Below are positions 1 to 8,130 of a stretch of 64,000 bases of DNA, piece after piece. Location of the stretch: sequence record phage_1. One strand, 5' to 3'. Position numbers and translations under genes: made by a program. The notes under the pieces were generated by a model. That model was not told the DNA's origin. It made no database searches and was given only the letters and a program-made list of their open reading frames with translations. The number at the start of each line of letters is the position of its first letter. Position 1 is the stretch's first letter.

Positions 1-117
1 TATTAAGATCTTAAAACGCGTGCAGGCGCGCGCGTGATCCTTATTAAGAGATCGTGATCGGACGGAAGTCCTAGTTTGGGTACCCTGTGTATTTTTTACG
101 TGGTTTCCCTATCGTGT

Positions 118-327
118 GTTCAGACCACCACTCGATGTCCAAAAACCCATAGCTTCGGTGGTCGCCTCCCTGGTCGGTAGACTCTGACAAGTCGACCCAC
201 AACACCAACCCGTCCGGGGACGGATTTTTATTCCAACGACAAGCTCCACGAAAATCCCCGCAGAGGGACTCACTGCTGTGTGACTCACCGGCTCCTGGAC
301 GCCTACGCCTCGAGCCGGTAATTTTTT
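118..327 (+). ncRNA. Candidate structured ncRNA 1 (~210 nt)
   Basis: No credible ORF. Starts at a TTAC-N15-TGTG motif (96-118). Stems GACCACC 123-129/GGTGGTC 157-163 and ACCGGCTC 287-294/GAGCCGGT 312-319, the latter followed by a T6 run. Structure judged by eye. Confidence 0.55.
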
Positions 328-351
328 GATTACGTGAGTTTGTTGTTATAT

Positions 352-925
352 GCGAATAGCGATTGACCGCGCCAATGGTCCAATCACTTTTAAACCCTGT
401 ACGCTAGGGCTCCAAGTCCTGGGATTGTTACCCAGGACGCTTTTTCGAAAATACCTACCGTGGTGTCTTCGACAAAGCGCAATCTAACACTGCGTGATTT
501 ATTATGTTCTGGAAAACTTTCGCCGTGGAACAGAACCGGTGAGCGTCGGCGGGGATTCCGACAATCACCACCCATTCAGGTACTCGGTAAATAACCGACC
601 TGCCGACGGTGCTACGTCGGGCGTAGTTCGGTTTGCGAGAGTGTCGAGAAAGTCGACTGCGCACCCATGACAAAATCCGAGTTGACCGTGGCAGCGCCAG
701 AGGACTGGGCAGCGGAGAGACGTCGTTGAACTTACCTCCGATAGTTATCGCTGATTCCGCTCTGGCGTCGGGCCAAAACTGATTCGAATTCGGCGTTGCG
801 TCGAAAAGGGGTCTGCGTGTAGAACCGCAGACTTGGGGGATGACTCCAGACGGAGGTGGTCATATCTTGCCGGCTCGGAACAGACGAGAGGGGTGGGTAC
901 TCCCGTTGAGAAACGACGGTACCTG
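352..925 (+). ncRNA. Candidate large structured ncRNA 2 (~570 nt)
   Basis: Starts at TTAC-N15-TATG (330-352). Near-continuous stems: 416-423/431-438, 603-608/615-620, 694-702/760-768, 811-817/826-832 and others. No credible ORF. Confidence 0.6.
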
Positions 926-984
926 GCTGATTAAAATTTACAGATTCTGCGTGAGGTATGATAAACCAAACGGAGAATTAAATC

Positions 985-1560
985 ATGAACTTGTATCGCA
1001 TCGGGTTTTACCGGAACGAGGTACCAGAATCGGTTTTGGTTGTCTTAGCCGAAAACGAGGAGCAGGCCAAATCCTTCTGGCCGGTTAGCGCAGAGCGTAC
1101 AGCGGTTGCGTGCTGCTACGACGGTCCAGTTGCCGCAACGGATGTCGCTGCAGGCGTAGTCCTGAAGATGGGCCGATGGGAAGATTACTCCCATCCCGGT
1201 TTGGAGTTTGTTTCCGAACCTGCCAGACATTCCTGGGAATTTCCCTCAGGCAACACCGAGACGTATTTCGGATTTCAGGTTAAACAACCTTCGACGCTCA
1301 AACTGTACCTGGTGTACAGCGACGCCGCTACCGAAGACTACGTCGATTCCGGAATCATCGTCGGGGCAACAACCCCTGCTGCGGCATTCGCACATTGGGA
1401 CGGTGATAAACCCGGAATCGTTTCGGTCTGTGAGCTACCACTTGAAGCCGGTTTGGTTACGAACATCAAGTGTGAGCAAGGCCAGGAGCTGACTTGGATC
1501 CGCCAGGATTACCTGACGGAAACGACATTCGAGTACACACCGAGGAAGGTGACCCAATGA
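985..1560 (+). CDS. Hypothetical protein with two tandem copies of a small phage domain (paralog of 2283..2525)
   Basis: GGAG SD. Repeats MNLYRI..VLVVLAENEEQA and LKLYLV..IIVGATTPAAA resemble MNLYLL..IIVAAPTEQAA of ORF 2283. Confidence 0.8.
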   Translation: MNLYRIGFYRNEVPESVLVVLAENEEQAKSFWPVSAERTAVACCYDGPVAATDVAAGVVLKMGRWEDYSHPGLEFVSEPARHSWEFPSGNTETYFGFQVKQPSTLKLYLVYSDAATEDYVDSGIIVGATTPAAAFAHWDGDKPGIVSVCELPLEAGLVTNIKCEQGQELTWIRQDYLTETTFEYTPRKVTQ

Positions 1561-2048
1561 CCACGATAGCGTTCGATGGAAAAGTCTTAGCTGCTGACGG
1601 CCAGTTAACCCGTGGGTCGAATATCTGCAACCTGAATACCCAGAAGTTATTCGTCTGTCCTCCTGACGAGGAGTGGTGGATTACCGGTGAACGAATTGTG
1701 GTGTTCGGGGTAAGCGGCGACATCACAGGACAATTGGCCCTGCTGGAAACGGTCCGCTTGAGACCCGGCTACAAGGGGTTAACACAAAGCTCGCAGTTAC
1801 CTGCGAAGATGGATTTTACTTTCCTGATGCTTTTGGCCTCAGGAAAAGCGATAGTCGGTGGGAAGCGTGAAGACGACGTGTCGTTGTGGTGGAGTGAAGC
1901 CACACCACCTCTGGCAACCGGAAGCGGTTACGAGTATGCGTTGGGTGCGATGAAGATGGGCGCGAATGCGGTTCGTGCTGTTGAGATTGCGTCCGAATGC
2001 GATATCTACACCGGTGGTGAGATTAGCACTTACGAACTACGGAGGTGA
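1557..2048 (+). CDS. Ntn-hydrolase / HslV-like peptidase-family protein
   Basis: ATGA overlap with the upstream stop. Begins M-TTIAFDGKVLAADGQ (N-terminal Thr) and has ATGSGYEYALGAM, both typical of the proteasome-beta/HslV fold. True start is 1557, not 1494. Confidence 0.65.
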   Translation: MTTIAFDGKVLAADGQLTRGSNICNLNTQKLFVCPPDEEWWITGERIVVFGVSGDITGQLALLETVRLRPGYKGLTQSSQLPAKMDFTFLMLLASGKAIVGGKREDDVSLWWSEATPPLATGSGYEYALGAMKMGANAVRAVEIASECDIYTGGEISTYELRR

Positions 2049-2140
2049 ATCATGCGGGAGTCAGAAGCACGCAAGCTTGACCCCATCAATCGCCTGCGAT
2101 AACGGGGTAGCGCATCCGTATAAACACGTTAAAGAATTCT

Positions 2141-2216
2141 AGGAAAGTGACGCAATTGGTAGCGTACCGGTCTCCAAAACCGGCTGTTTAGAGTTCGAGT
2201 CTCTACTTTCCTGCCA
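2141..2216 (+). tRNA. trnW: tRNA-Trp (CCA)
   Basis: Full cloverleaf: acceptor AGGAAAG/CTTTCCT, D stem ACGC/GCGT, anticodon arm CCGGT-CTCCAAA-ACCGG (CCA at 2174-2176), T loop TTCGAGT, encoded 3' CCA. Confidence 0.95.
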
Positions 2217-2282
2217 CATTTAGCCAACAAGGCCATGATTCAAAGCAGAATGACACCGAATGTCTAACTGCGGAGAATAATC

Positions 2283-2525
2283 ATGAACTTGTATTTGCTA
2301 GAACGAACTGACGATATCGGGTATGATGAATTTGATTCCATAATCGTGGCGGCTCCTACGGAGCAAGCTGCGTGTGCAATTCCTCCCGACTGTGGTCATT
2401 GGATGGACTGCCGCTGGTTACCGAAAGAGCGCTGGGATGAAGGGCTTACCCTGACCGTTACTCTTATCGGTACTACGCACTATCCTGCTGGGACCGTCGT
2501 TCATGAATCGTTCAATGCTGGCTAA
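2283..2525 (+). CDS. Small hypothetical phage protein (paralog of 985..1560)
   Basis: GGAG SD. The 5' DNA cggagaat(t)aa(a)tcatgaacttgtat is shared with ORF 985. Confidence 0.8.
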   Translation: MNLYLLERTDDIGYDEFDSIIVAAPTEQAACAIPPDCGHWMDCRWLPKERWDEGLTLTVTLIGTTHYPAGTVVHESFNAG

Positions 2526-2704
2526 ACAGTGGGCTTCGGCCCACTAACCCTATTCGAGCCGTGATACTTACTCAGATTGTGCGGGTTGATGTCCCGCATG
2601 AGCCGGTAGCAGCTCAGACCTACGGTAGACCAATAAATCCGTAGCAGCCAGGTACACAAAGCACCAGGTCGCTTGTACAGGATGCTGGGTATCTGACCGG
2701 TCAT
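2522..2704 (-). CDS. Possible 60-aa hypothetical protein
   Basis: GAGGT SD 5' of the ATG on the minus strand; converges on the 2528-2545 hairpin. Confidence 0.35.
   Translation of the reverse strand: MTGQIPSILYKRPGALCTWLLRIYWSTVGLSCYRLMRDINPHNLSKYHGSNRVSGPKPTV
2528..2545. terminator. Hairpin with TTCG loop
   Basis: AGTGGGC-TTCG-GCCCACT directly after the ORF 2283 stop; no T-run. Confidence 0.5.
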
Positions 2705-2732
2705 AACCTCATTCGATACGAGACACGTTTAT

Positions 2733-3105
2733 GCATGAAATACTCCAGTACATCAGGATGTTGATTTCCAACGTCCGGTTCTGGGTATTCAATCATGTTT
2801 GGTTTACAGGCGATGGGTTTTCCCGCAAGGGCCCCACTTACAGACTGGCGTCTCCACGACAACCGTCCCTAGGGGACAGGCAAGCACCGGCCCATTAAGC
2901 CGCCACGCTACGCCTGTAAATCCACAATCTGATAACCGAATGGGATTGAGTTCCCAGTGTTAGGGTGACTATGTGTCACCGTAGGCGCGGTACCTCATAC
3001 GGCCGGTACGCCACGAATGTACGTGATAGCGGGTGGTGCTTGGAGACGCTAAGACCTGACCTTGCGGCCAGGCTCAGAAGAAGAAGTCCATCACCCGCAT
3101 TCAGA
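2733..3105 (+). ncRNA. Candidate structured ncRNA block 3
   Basis: Starts at the G of a TATG (2730-2733). Stems 2756-2763/2769-2776, 2801-2812/2911-2923 (ends ...ATCCA) and 3029-3038/3089-3098, plus a CCC-GCAA-GGG GNRA hairpin. Confidence 0.55.
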
Positions 3106-3300
3106 AATGAATTTAGGTTAATTATTGGAAGTGATGAAATCGTTTACGTGATAACTTAGTAGTATGCAACGAACAATACCAGAGTGACTTTACGAGGTTA
3201 CTGTGGTATATGTCGGTGCTCCGGGCAACGTGTTGCCGTAGATAAGCCCGAGGGAGCTGAGTGCACTAACACACACCGGGATGCACCGGCACCTTACAAT

Positions 3301-3369
3301 GGCTTTGTAGCTCAGGTAGGTAGAGCAACCTCTTCGAGGAAGGTCGCCGGTTCGAGTCCGGTCAAAGCA
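3301..3369 (+). ncRNA. tRNA-like element with shortened anticodon arm
   Basis: Acceptor GCTTTG/CAAAGC, TA at 8-9, D arm GCTC-AGGTAGGTA-GAGC, variable AGGTC and T arm GCCGG-TTCGAGT-CCGGT are canonical. The anticodon arm is only 13 nt (ACCTCTTCGAGGA) versus 17. No encoded CCA. Confidence 0.75.
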
Positions 3370-3370
3370 A

Positions 3371-3452
3371 GAGCAGCGAAGTTAGAGGAATTAACACCCG
3401 ACTCATAATCGGATATTTCGACGGTTCGAATCCGTGCCGTTTGCTCGCCCCA
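3371..3452 (+). pseudogene. Degenerate tRNA-Met/Ile2 (CAT)
   Basis: Anticodon arm CCGA-CTCATAA-TCGG (CAT at 3404-3406) and T loop GGTTCGAATCC are present. The acceptor stem is bulged and U8 is missing. Confidence 0.6.
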
Positions 3453-3790
3453 TTTGTGTTATCCTTATCCCGAAGGCATTCGAAATAAGACGCGTATCCA
3501 CACACGGGTCAAGGGTAACACGAACCACTTCCGCGGTCACCGTGTCCATTGCCGCCTACCTGCATGGGCTGTCCTCCGACACGGTGACTTCGGGCCAACT
3601 TACAGGCCAGGGCCGTTTGGGTTTTTCTTACGCATCCATCCAGAGCCACCTCGCGCCCTAGTCTGTTACCCCTTTTCTGTTCCTGGTTTGCCAACTAAAT
3701 CAATTAAGCCTGGTGCGTTGCCCTGGGAACAGAAAAACTTATTCGGTTACACACCGAACCCACCCACGAGGGATATGTCGTGGACTACCA
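3453..3790 (+). ncRNA. Candidate structured ncRNA block downstream of the tRNA-like pair
   Basis: Two perfect 11-bp stems (3536-3546/3578-3588 and 3673-3683/3726-3736). The overlapping N-terminal extension of ORF 3454 is not credible. Confidence 0.5.
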
Positions 3791-3828
3791 ATAGAAGCAG
3801 CAATAGTAGAAGTAAGAAGGAAAGCAAC

Positions 3829-4650
3829 ATGTTTACAGTTAAACGTGTAATTGATGGTGACCGCATTATTACCGAACATGAAAAAGTTCGTATCGGTGAC
3901 CGTAAGTCTCGTGTATTCCGCGAGGCGTTAAAGATGCTCGAGAACGAGCGCTTCGACATCGTTGTCGATGATGAAAAGTTAGCCCTTAATCCGGGGTTAA
4001 AACGCGTTGCCCCTGATGTGGCTGATCCGAACACCATGCATTTGTCTGACTACTGCAGCTGGTCGCACAGATTATATAAAAGTCAGGTTTATGCACACAC
4101 GTATTTGCGGCAGCTTTTCCCCAACCTTATTATCCCCGATTTGGAAACGGTCGAGGTGTTTAACTGCAACGCACGCGAGTTTATTAGCTACGTGCTAGAT
4201 AATAAGGGCAATGCTATCTTGGTATTGGACACAAATTCCCGCATACCTGATGCTGTGGCTAGCATACGTGGTGAAATCATCGGTTACGGTACTCCCCCAG
4301 AGAAATTAGGCTGGTACAAACCATCTCCTGATAGCGACATGGCGATCATTGTCTACACTCAGGAAGAACTGCAACAAGTCGAATTAGAGCCTGGTCCATC
4401 TATCGAGTTCACTGATGTCCAGGAGCAGTCGCAGTGGATTAACGGTGAGTCTGTTGTTACTGTTTTAAAAGGCGCTCGCCCTGGCGACCGGTCAGTCGAT
4501 GAACTGATTGGCGCAATGTGCATCGAAGAAGAATCTGGATACGATCCTGATAACCAGATCAGTACCGGTGCGTTGTACGAACTGTTTTATAAAGGCGACG
4601 AAGTCTACGTGGTTAACTCTCACGGTAAGACTACCGACGTCCTTCGCTGA
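3829..4650 (+). CDS. Hypothetical protein (273 aa)
   Basis: AAGGA SD before ATG 3829; terminator downstream. Confidence 0.8.
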   Translation: MFTVKRVIDGDRIITEHEKVRIGDRKSRVFREALKMLENERFDIVVDDEKLALNPGLKRVAPDVADPNTMHLSDYCSWSHRLYKSQVYAHTYLRQLFPNLIIPDLETVEVFNCNAREFISYVLDNKGNAILVLDTNSRIPDAVASIRGEIIGYGTPPEKLGWYKPSPDSDMAIIVYTQEELQQVELEPGPSIEFTDVQEQSQWINGESVVTVLKGARPGDRSVDELIGAMCIEEESGYDPDNQISTGALYELFYKGDEVYVVNSHGKTTDVLR

Positions 4651-4740
4651 ATTAGCTAACGCCCAGTAGCTATGTTCCTGACGATTAGCCCTCGTCTGAC
4701 CTTGTAAGACCTTGTAGATTTACATGCCAACACCAGGGAA

Positions 4741-4782
4741 GTCCTCACTCTTCGGAGTGAGGACAACTCTTTTATTTTTTTT
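4741..4782 (+). terminator. Intrinsic terminator
   Basis: GTCCTCACTC-TTCG-GAGTGAGGAC, then a T-rich tract. Confidence 0.85.
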
Positions 4783-4800
4783 TGTATCCCAAATATTCAC

Positions 4801-4816
4801 AGATAGATATTACCTA
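4801..4816 (+). promoter_or_regulatory. Class A phage promoter motif (AGATAGATATTAYCT)
   Basis: One of 8 intergenic or upstream copies of the motif; precedes ORF 4875. Confidence 0.7.
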
Positions 4817-4874
4817 AGTGAGATGAGAAAGCCTCATCTGAATTTCCCCAACTCGACTATAAAAGGTAAGCATC

Positions 4875-5825
4875 ATGTACAGACCAAGTAATCCTAGTGC
4901 TATTGAAGGATTAAACCAGGATGGCTTCAGCCTCGCAGAAGCAACCCGCATTCGACCTTTCTTACCTCGCAGATTCTTCCCTTTCGGTTCGTTATACAGA
5001 ACGAATTTCGACGCTTGGGAAGCGATACGTGCTGTAAAAGATGCACTACAGTACAAGAACTTCGAATTCCGATTTGTTTTCAAATGGGGCAACGGCGAAT
5101 TGCTCCACCACTTCGGATTCCAACAGAACGAGTTCATTGAGTATACCTCACCTACGTACCACACCAGGTTCTTAAGTATCGAATTCGTTCGCCATTTCGG
5201 CGATGCACTCTTTACGGAACGGGCTACAGATGAAAACCACGGACGTAGGCTGATGTTAACGAACGGCGCACTGCGCATCAAGATGAATCGTTTACGGGAA
5301 GCGTATAACCAGCTTATCAATCCTGAACCGGTAATGTTTCCAACTGTAGCTGATTTGAACATTACACCGCTCCAGTTGCCTGTGGATGTGGATAGACCGA
5401 TTCTGGCAATCCACGCTCTCCAGGCAGGCTATGCAAACTGGTATAAAGAGCACAGTCTCCCGAACACCAGATTGAACATCGCACCGTTTGAGTTGTGCCT
5501 GTTCTTAACGTTACGCAAACAGCTCGAGCCAGAAAACTTAGACTTACGTTATCTGGCTAAAACAGATAGCGGTAATTACTACCCAACGACCTGGATGCTG
5601 GCGGCTGTACTACCCGGCGGTGAAATTATCGGTAACCCAGTCACCGATGTTCAACAGTTACCATCACCGTTAGCACCACCGAAAGATTCAATCTATCCGT
5701 ACGCTTCGTGGTACGCGAGCAGTATTGGCGTGAGATGGTTAATGTTACACGTTCCTGAAGAGGTCTATAATTTATTCCCGCATGAGCAATGGCTCCGTGC
5801 GTATGAAAATCGGTTTGGTTACTAG
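4875..5825 (+). CDS. Hypothetical protein (316 aa)
   Basis: AAGGT SD, long ORF, flanked by a promoter motif and a terminator. Confidence 0.85.
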   Translation: MYRPSNPSAIEGLNQDGFSLAEATRIRPFLPRRFFPFGSLYRTNFDAWEAIRAVKDALQYKNFEFRFVFKWGNGELLHHFGFQQNEFIEYTSPTYHTRFLSIEFVRHFGDALFTERATDENHGRRLMLTNGALRIKMNRLREAYNQLINPEPVMFPTVADLNITPLQLPVDVDRPILAIHALQAGYANWYKEHSLPNTRLNIAPFELCLFLTLRKQLEPENLDLRYLAKTDSGNYYPTTWMLAAVLPGGEIIGNPVTDVQQLPSPLAPPKDSIYPYASWYASSIGVRWLMLHVPEEVYNLFPHEQWLRAYENRFGY

Positions 5826-5836
5826 TCGATGCTTTT

Positions 5837-5871
5837 GGGGGAACTTCGGTTCCCTCTTTTTTTTCTTTTTT
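5837..5871 (+). terminator. Intrinsic terminator
   Basis: GGGGGAAC-TTCG-GTTCCCTC plus T-run. Confidence 0.85.
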
Positions 5872-5907
5872 CACGACTGCCTCAGAATCTTAATGGAGGA
5901 AGTTACC

Positions 5908-6324
5908 ATGATTACGCAGTGCTCATACCAGACGCAAGATTTATTTAAAGCATTGGAAGAAAATAAGCTACCCACGACTTTAAGACCGCAGTGCAGTTAT
6001 TCAAGAATGCTTGCAAGTGAGGTCTTTCCGGTGCTAATGCAGTTGCCTCAATTCCAACCGTGGCTCGACTCGCTAGATGTGGTAGATGTTGTGGCTATCT
6101 ACACTGGGTCAGACACACCAACAATAAATACAAGCGAGTGTTTATCCCGTAGCGAATCGTCGGCGATAAATGAAATGCCGCAGCTAATGCCTTCTTTATT
6201 CGATTCGATGTGCGCTGCAGTTATGCAGAAACGACTACCTTATGAGGAAGTATTCGCCATTGTGTTAGACAGCATCCACGCAATGAATTATAAACACTAT
6301 AAAACCCTCGGAACCTTACACTGA
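5908..6324 (+). CDS. Hypothetical protein
   Basis: GGAGG SD before ATG 5908. Confidence 0.75.
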   Translation: MITQCSYQTQDLFKALEENKLPTTLRPQCSYSRMLASEVFPVLMQLPQFQPWLDSLDVVDVVAIYTGSDTPTINTSECLSRSESSAINEMPQLMPSLFDSMCAAVMQKRLPYEEVFAIVLDSIHAMNYKHYKTLGTLH

Positions 6325-6391
6325 CTTTTTTACGGCAGGCACCTATCTTGTAGGGAGTCTGTGCTGTAATAGATTCCAAAGGAGATGCTCG

Positions 6392-6781
6392 ATGAAAAAC
6401 AAACTGCGTCCGCTGGACGTGATTATGGCGCATCCGGATACCCTCAAGAAAATTAAAGTGGTCAATGAACTTGACCGTGGTCTCCTGGATACTATTCAAT
6501 GGGGTTTTACTTTCCACCCCGATGAAGAGAACAACACGCGTCAATTAGATGTCTGCGACGGCGTAGAAATTGATTGGTCTTCTAACGAAGGCTTCAACGA
6601 TGTCGTCGATTATGTCAAACAAGCCACCGTTCCACCTGTGTTTCCCGTAGCTGGTTTAGCGGAACACACAATTTCTCTCCGCCGACTGGTTAACGCTCAA
6701 CCAGAAATCGTGCGTGAAGGCGAGGCGTGGACGTCAGGCATTACCCATCATCTTAAGGATGTGCTGGGTGTTGCCGGTTAA
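6392..6781 (+). CDS. Hypothetical protein (129 aa)
   Basis: AAGGAG SD; TTAC-N15-TGTA motif at 6330-6352. Confidence 0.8.
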   Translation: MKNKLRPLDVIMAHPDTLKKIKVVNELDRGLLDTIQWGFTFHPDEENNTRQLDVCDGVEIDWSSNEGFNDVVDYVKQATVPPVFPVAGLAEHTISLRRLVNAQPEIVREGEAWTSGITHHLKDVLGVAG

Positions 6782-6832
6782 AAAAGAAGAAGTACCTCTA
6801 CTCACGTAGAGGTACGGAATCTTTCTTTTTTT
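6781..6832. terminator. Bidirectional terminator
   Basis: GTACCTCTAC-TCAC-GTAGAGGTAC flanked by A- and T-runs between convergent genes. Confidence 0.8.
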
Positions 6833-6833
6833 G

Positions 6834-7646
6834 TTACGACTTGAAGCGTCCACCGTTCATGTAGTTCCAACGGTTTCCGATGTTGTCGTTGTGGACCAGA
6901 CAACGTTGCATTTTCGGCAAGGTGTCTTCGAACATTTGACCCGCGTCCGAGTAACCTTCAATAACGTTTCTGAAGGCACCGAACTCCATACCATTTTCCA
7001 GTTTACCGGAGTCCATGTCGAAGATCATGGTGTTGTAAATATATTGCTTAACAGCCATGACTGCCAGCTCACCTACAACCGGATAGAATGCTGGTTTGAT
7101 TTCGTTCATCTCCTGGGATAGTTCGTACTTCACCACGAGTTTGGTAGAGTAAACGAACATGCCTGGGTCTTTGATACGGATGGTATTCGGGCCGAGTACC
7201 TCGACCTCTGGTGAGGCGATACGTGGCATCGCCGACTGACTATCAACCACTTGTTGGGTGGATGCTAATACGCCAGAGGTGGCACCGTCCAGATATGAAC
7301 CTGCGGGAGGCATGGTGTACGCCTGTCCGGCAACGGGTGTTACAGAAATGTGGGCATCCAGAATAGGACGACCGCCTGTTTTGATGTCGTCGAGATAATA
7401 CACGCGACTGAAATAATCTTGCGTGTCGTTATCCCAAGGGACACCTTGCAAATCTACTTCTTGATACTGCCCCATTCTGGAGATTTCAGGGACCAGAATC
7501 TCACGAATAACACGTTGTTGGATTTCGTTATCTACAGAGCTTGCAATTCCCAGTAACTTGAGGTTTTCTGGAACAAAAGCCGCCTGTAGAATCGGGGCAG
7601 GAATATGCTGTCTGATTTTACGCAGACAGTAGTCGATAACATTCAT
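6834..7646 (-). CDS. Conserved jumbo-phage protein, probably virion structural (270 aa)
   Basis: GGAG SD before MNVIDYCL. The minus-strand orientation matches other structural genes in the window; function is inferred. Confidence 0.7.
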   Translation of the reverse strand: MNVIDYCLRKIRQHIPAPILQAAFVPENLKLLGIASSVDNEIQQRVIREILVPEISRMGQYQEVDLQGVPWDNDTQDYFSRVYYLDDIKTGGRPILDAHISVTPVAGQAYTMPPAGSYLDGATSGVLASTQQVVDSQSAMPRIASPEVEVLGPNTIRIKDPGMFVYSTKLVVKYELSQEMNEIKPAFYPVVGELAVMAVKQYIYNTMIFDMDSGKLENGMEFGAFRNVIEGYSDAGQMFEDTLPKMQRCLVHNDNIGNRWNYMNGGRFKS

Positions 7647-7766
7647 TCTAAGGCTCCTATGAAGCTCGTAGGACAACTCATACCATCGGGTAATGCTATC
7701 CCATTGCCTGACATTAAAATACGTTTTACGACCTTTATGTGCGCACCATACTCGAAGAAATTTTGC

Positions 7767-7780
7767 ATAGATATTATCTT
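7767..7780 (+). promoter_or_regulatory. Class A phage promoter motif
   Basis: ATAGATATTATCTT upstream of ORF 7810. Confidence 0.7.
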
Positions 7781-7809
7781 CGTGAATTATCCTTAAGGAG
7801 CATTTCTCG

Positions 7810-8130
7810 ATGACGCGCATGTTCTTTAATTTCTCTCCAGGGACAAATGAACAGATTGTGCCTGCGGACATGTTACTGTGCGCGATACAAGAAGTCATTT
7901 ATCCCGGCACGCATGAGTTTCCACGCGAGTGGACACGCATTGCCGAAAGTTATTTTGGCACGGAAGCGTGGTTTGTTATTTCGGCGTTGGGCCGAAACCA
8001 TAGCTATCCCTTTCATTACAAAAATGGAGTTGTGCAAACGTGGTCAGAATATACCTCGAACCAGCTGCGGTTCATTCTAGCTTCTGGGGGCCTGTCGATG
8101 CTTCCCAGTACGCTACCGCTCTGCGGATGA
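7810..8130 (+). CDS. Hypothetical protein
   Basis: AAGGAG SD; first gene of a coupled operon. Confidence 0.8.
   Translation: MTRMFFNFSPGTNEQIVPADMLLCAIQEVIYPGTHEFPREWTRIAESYFGTEAWFVISALGRNHSYPFHYKNGVVQTWSEYTSNQLRFILASGGLSMLPSTLPLCG

Noticed and set aside
61-545. RNase P-like words (GACGGAAGTCC at 61; ACAGAACCGG at 530)
   Set aside because: The P4 pairing between them cannot be formed and a promoter motif lies between them; treated as coincidence.
390-1088. Short ORFs 390..575, 455..673 and 840..1088
   Set aside because: No convincing SD or protein-like composition; they overlap structured non-coding DNA.
3212-3219. GTCGGTGC, resembling the tracrRNA 3' hairpin
   Set aside because: An 8-nt match only; no CRISPR array or cas gene anywhere in the window.
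3454-3828. N-terminal 125 aa of ORF 3454..4650
   Set aside because: No SD at 3454, non-protein-like composition and dense RNA stems; a good SD precedes ATG 3829.
7647-7898. N-terminal extension of minus-strand ORF 6834..7898
   Set aside because: It overlaps the divergent promoter and ORF 7810; an SD supports the start at 7646.
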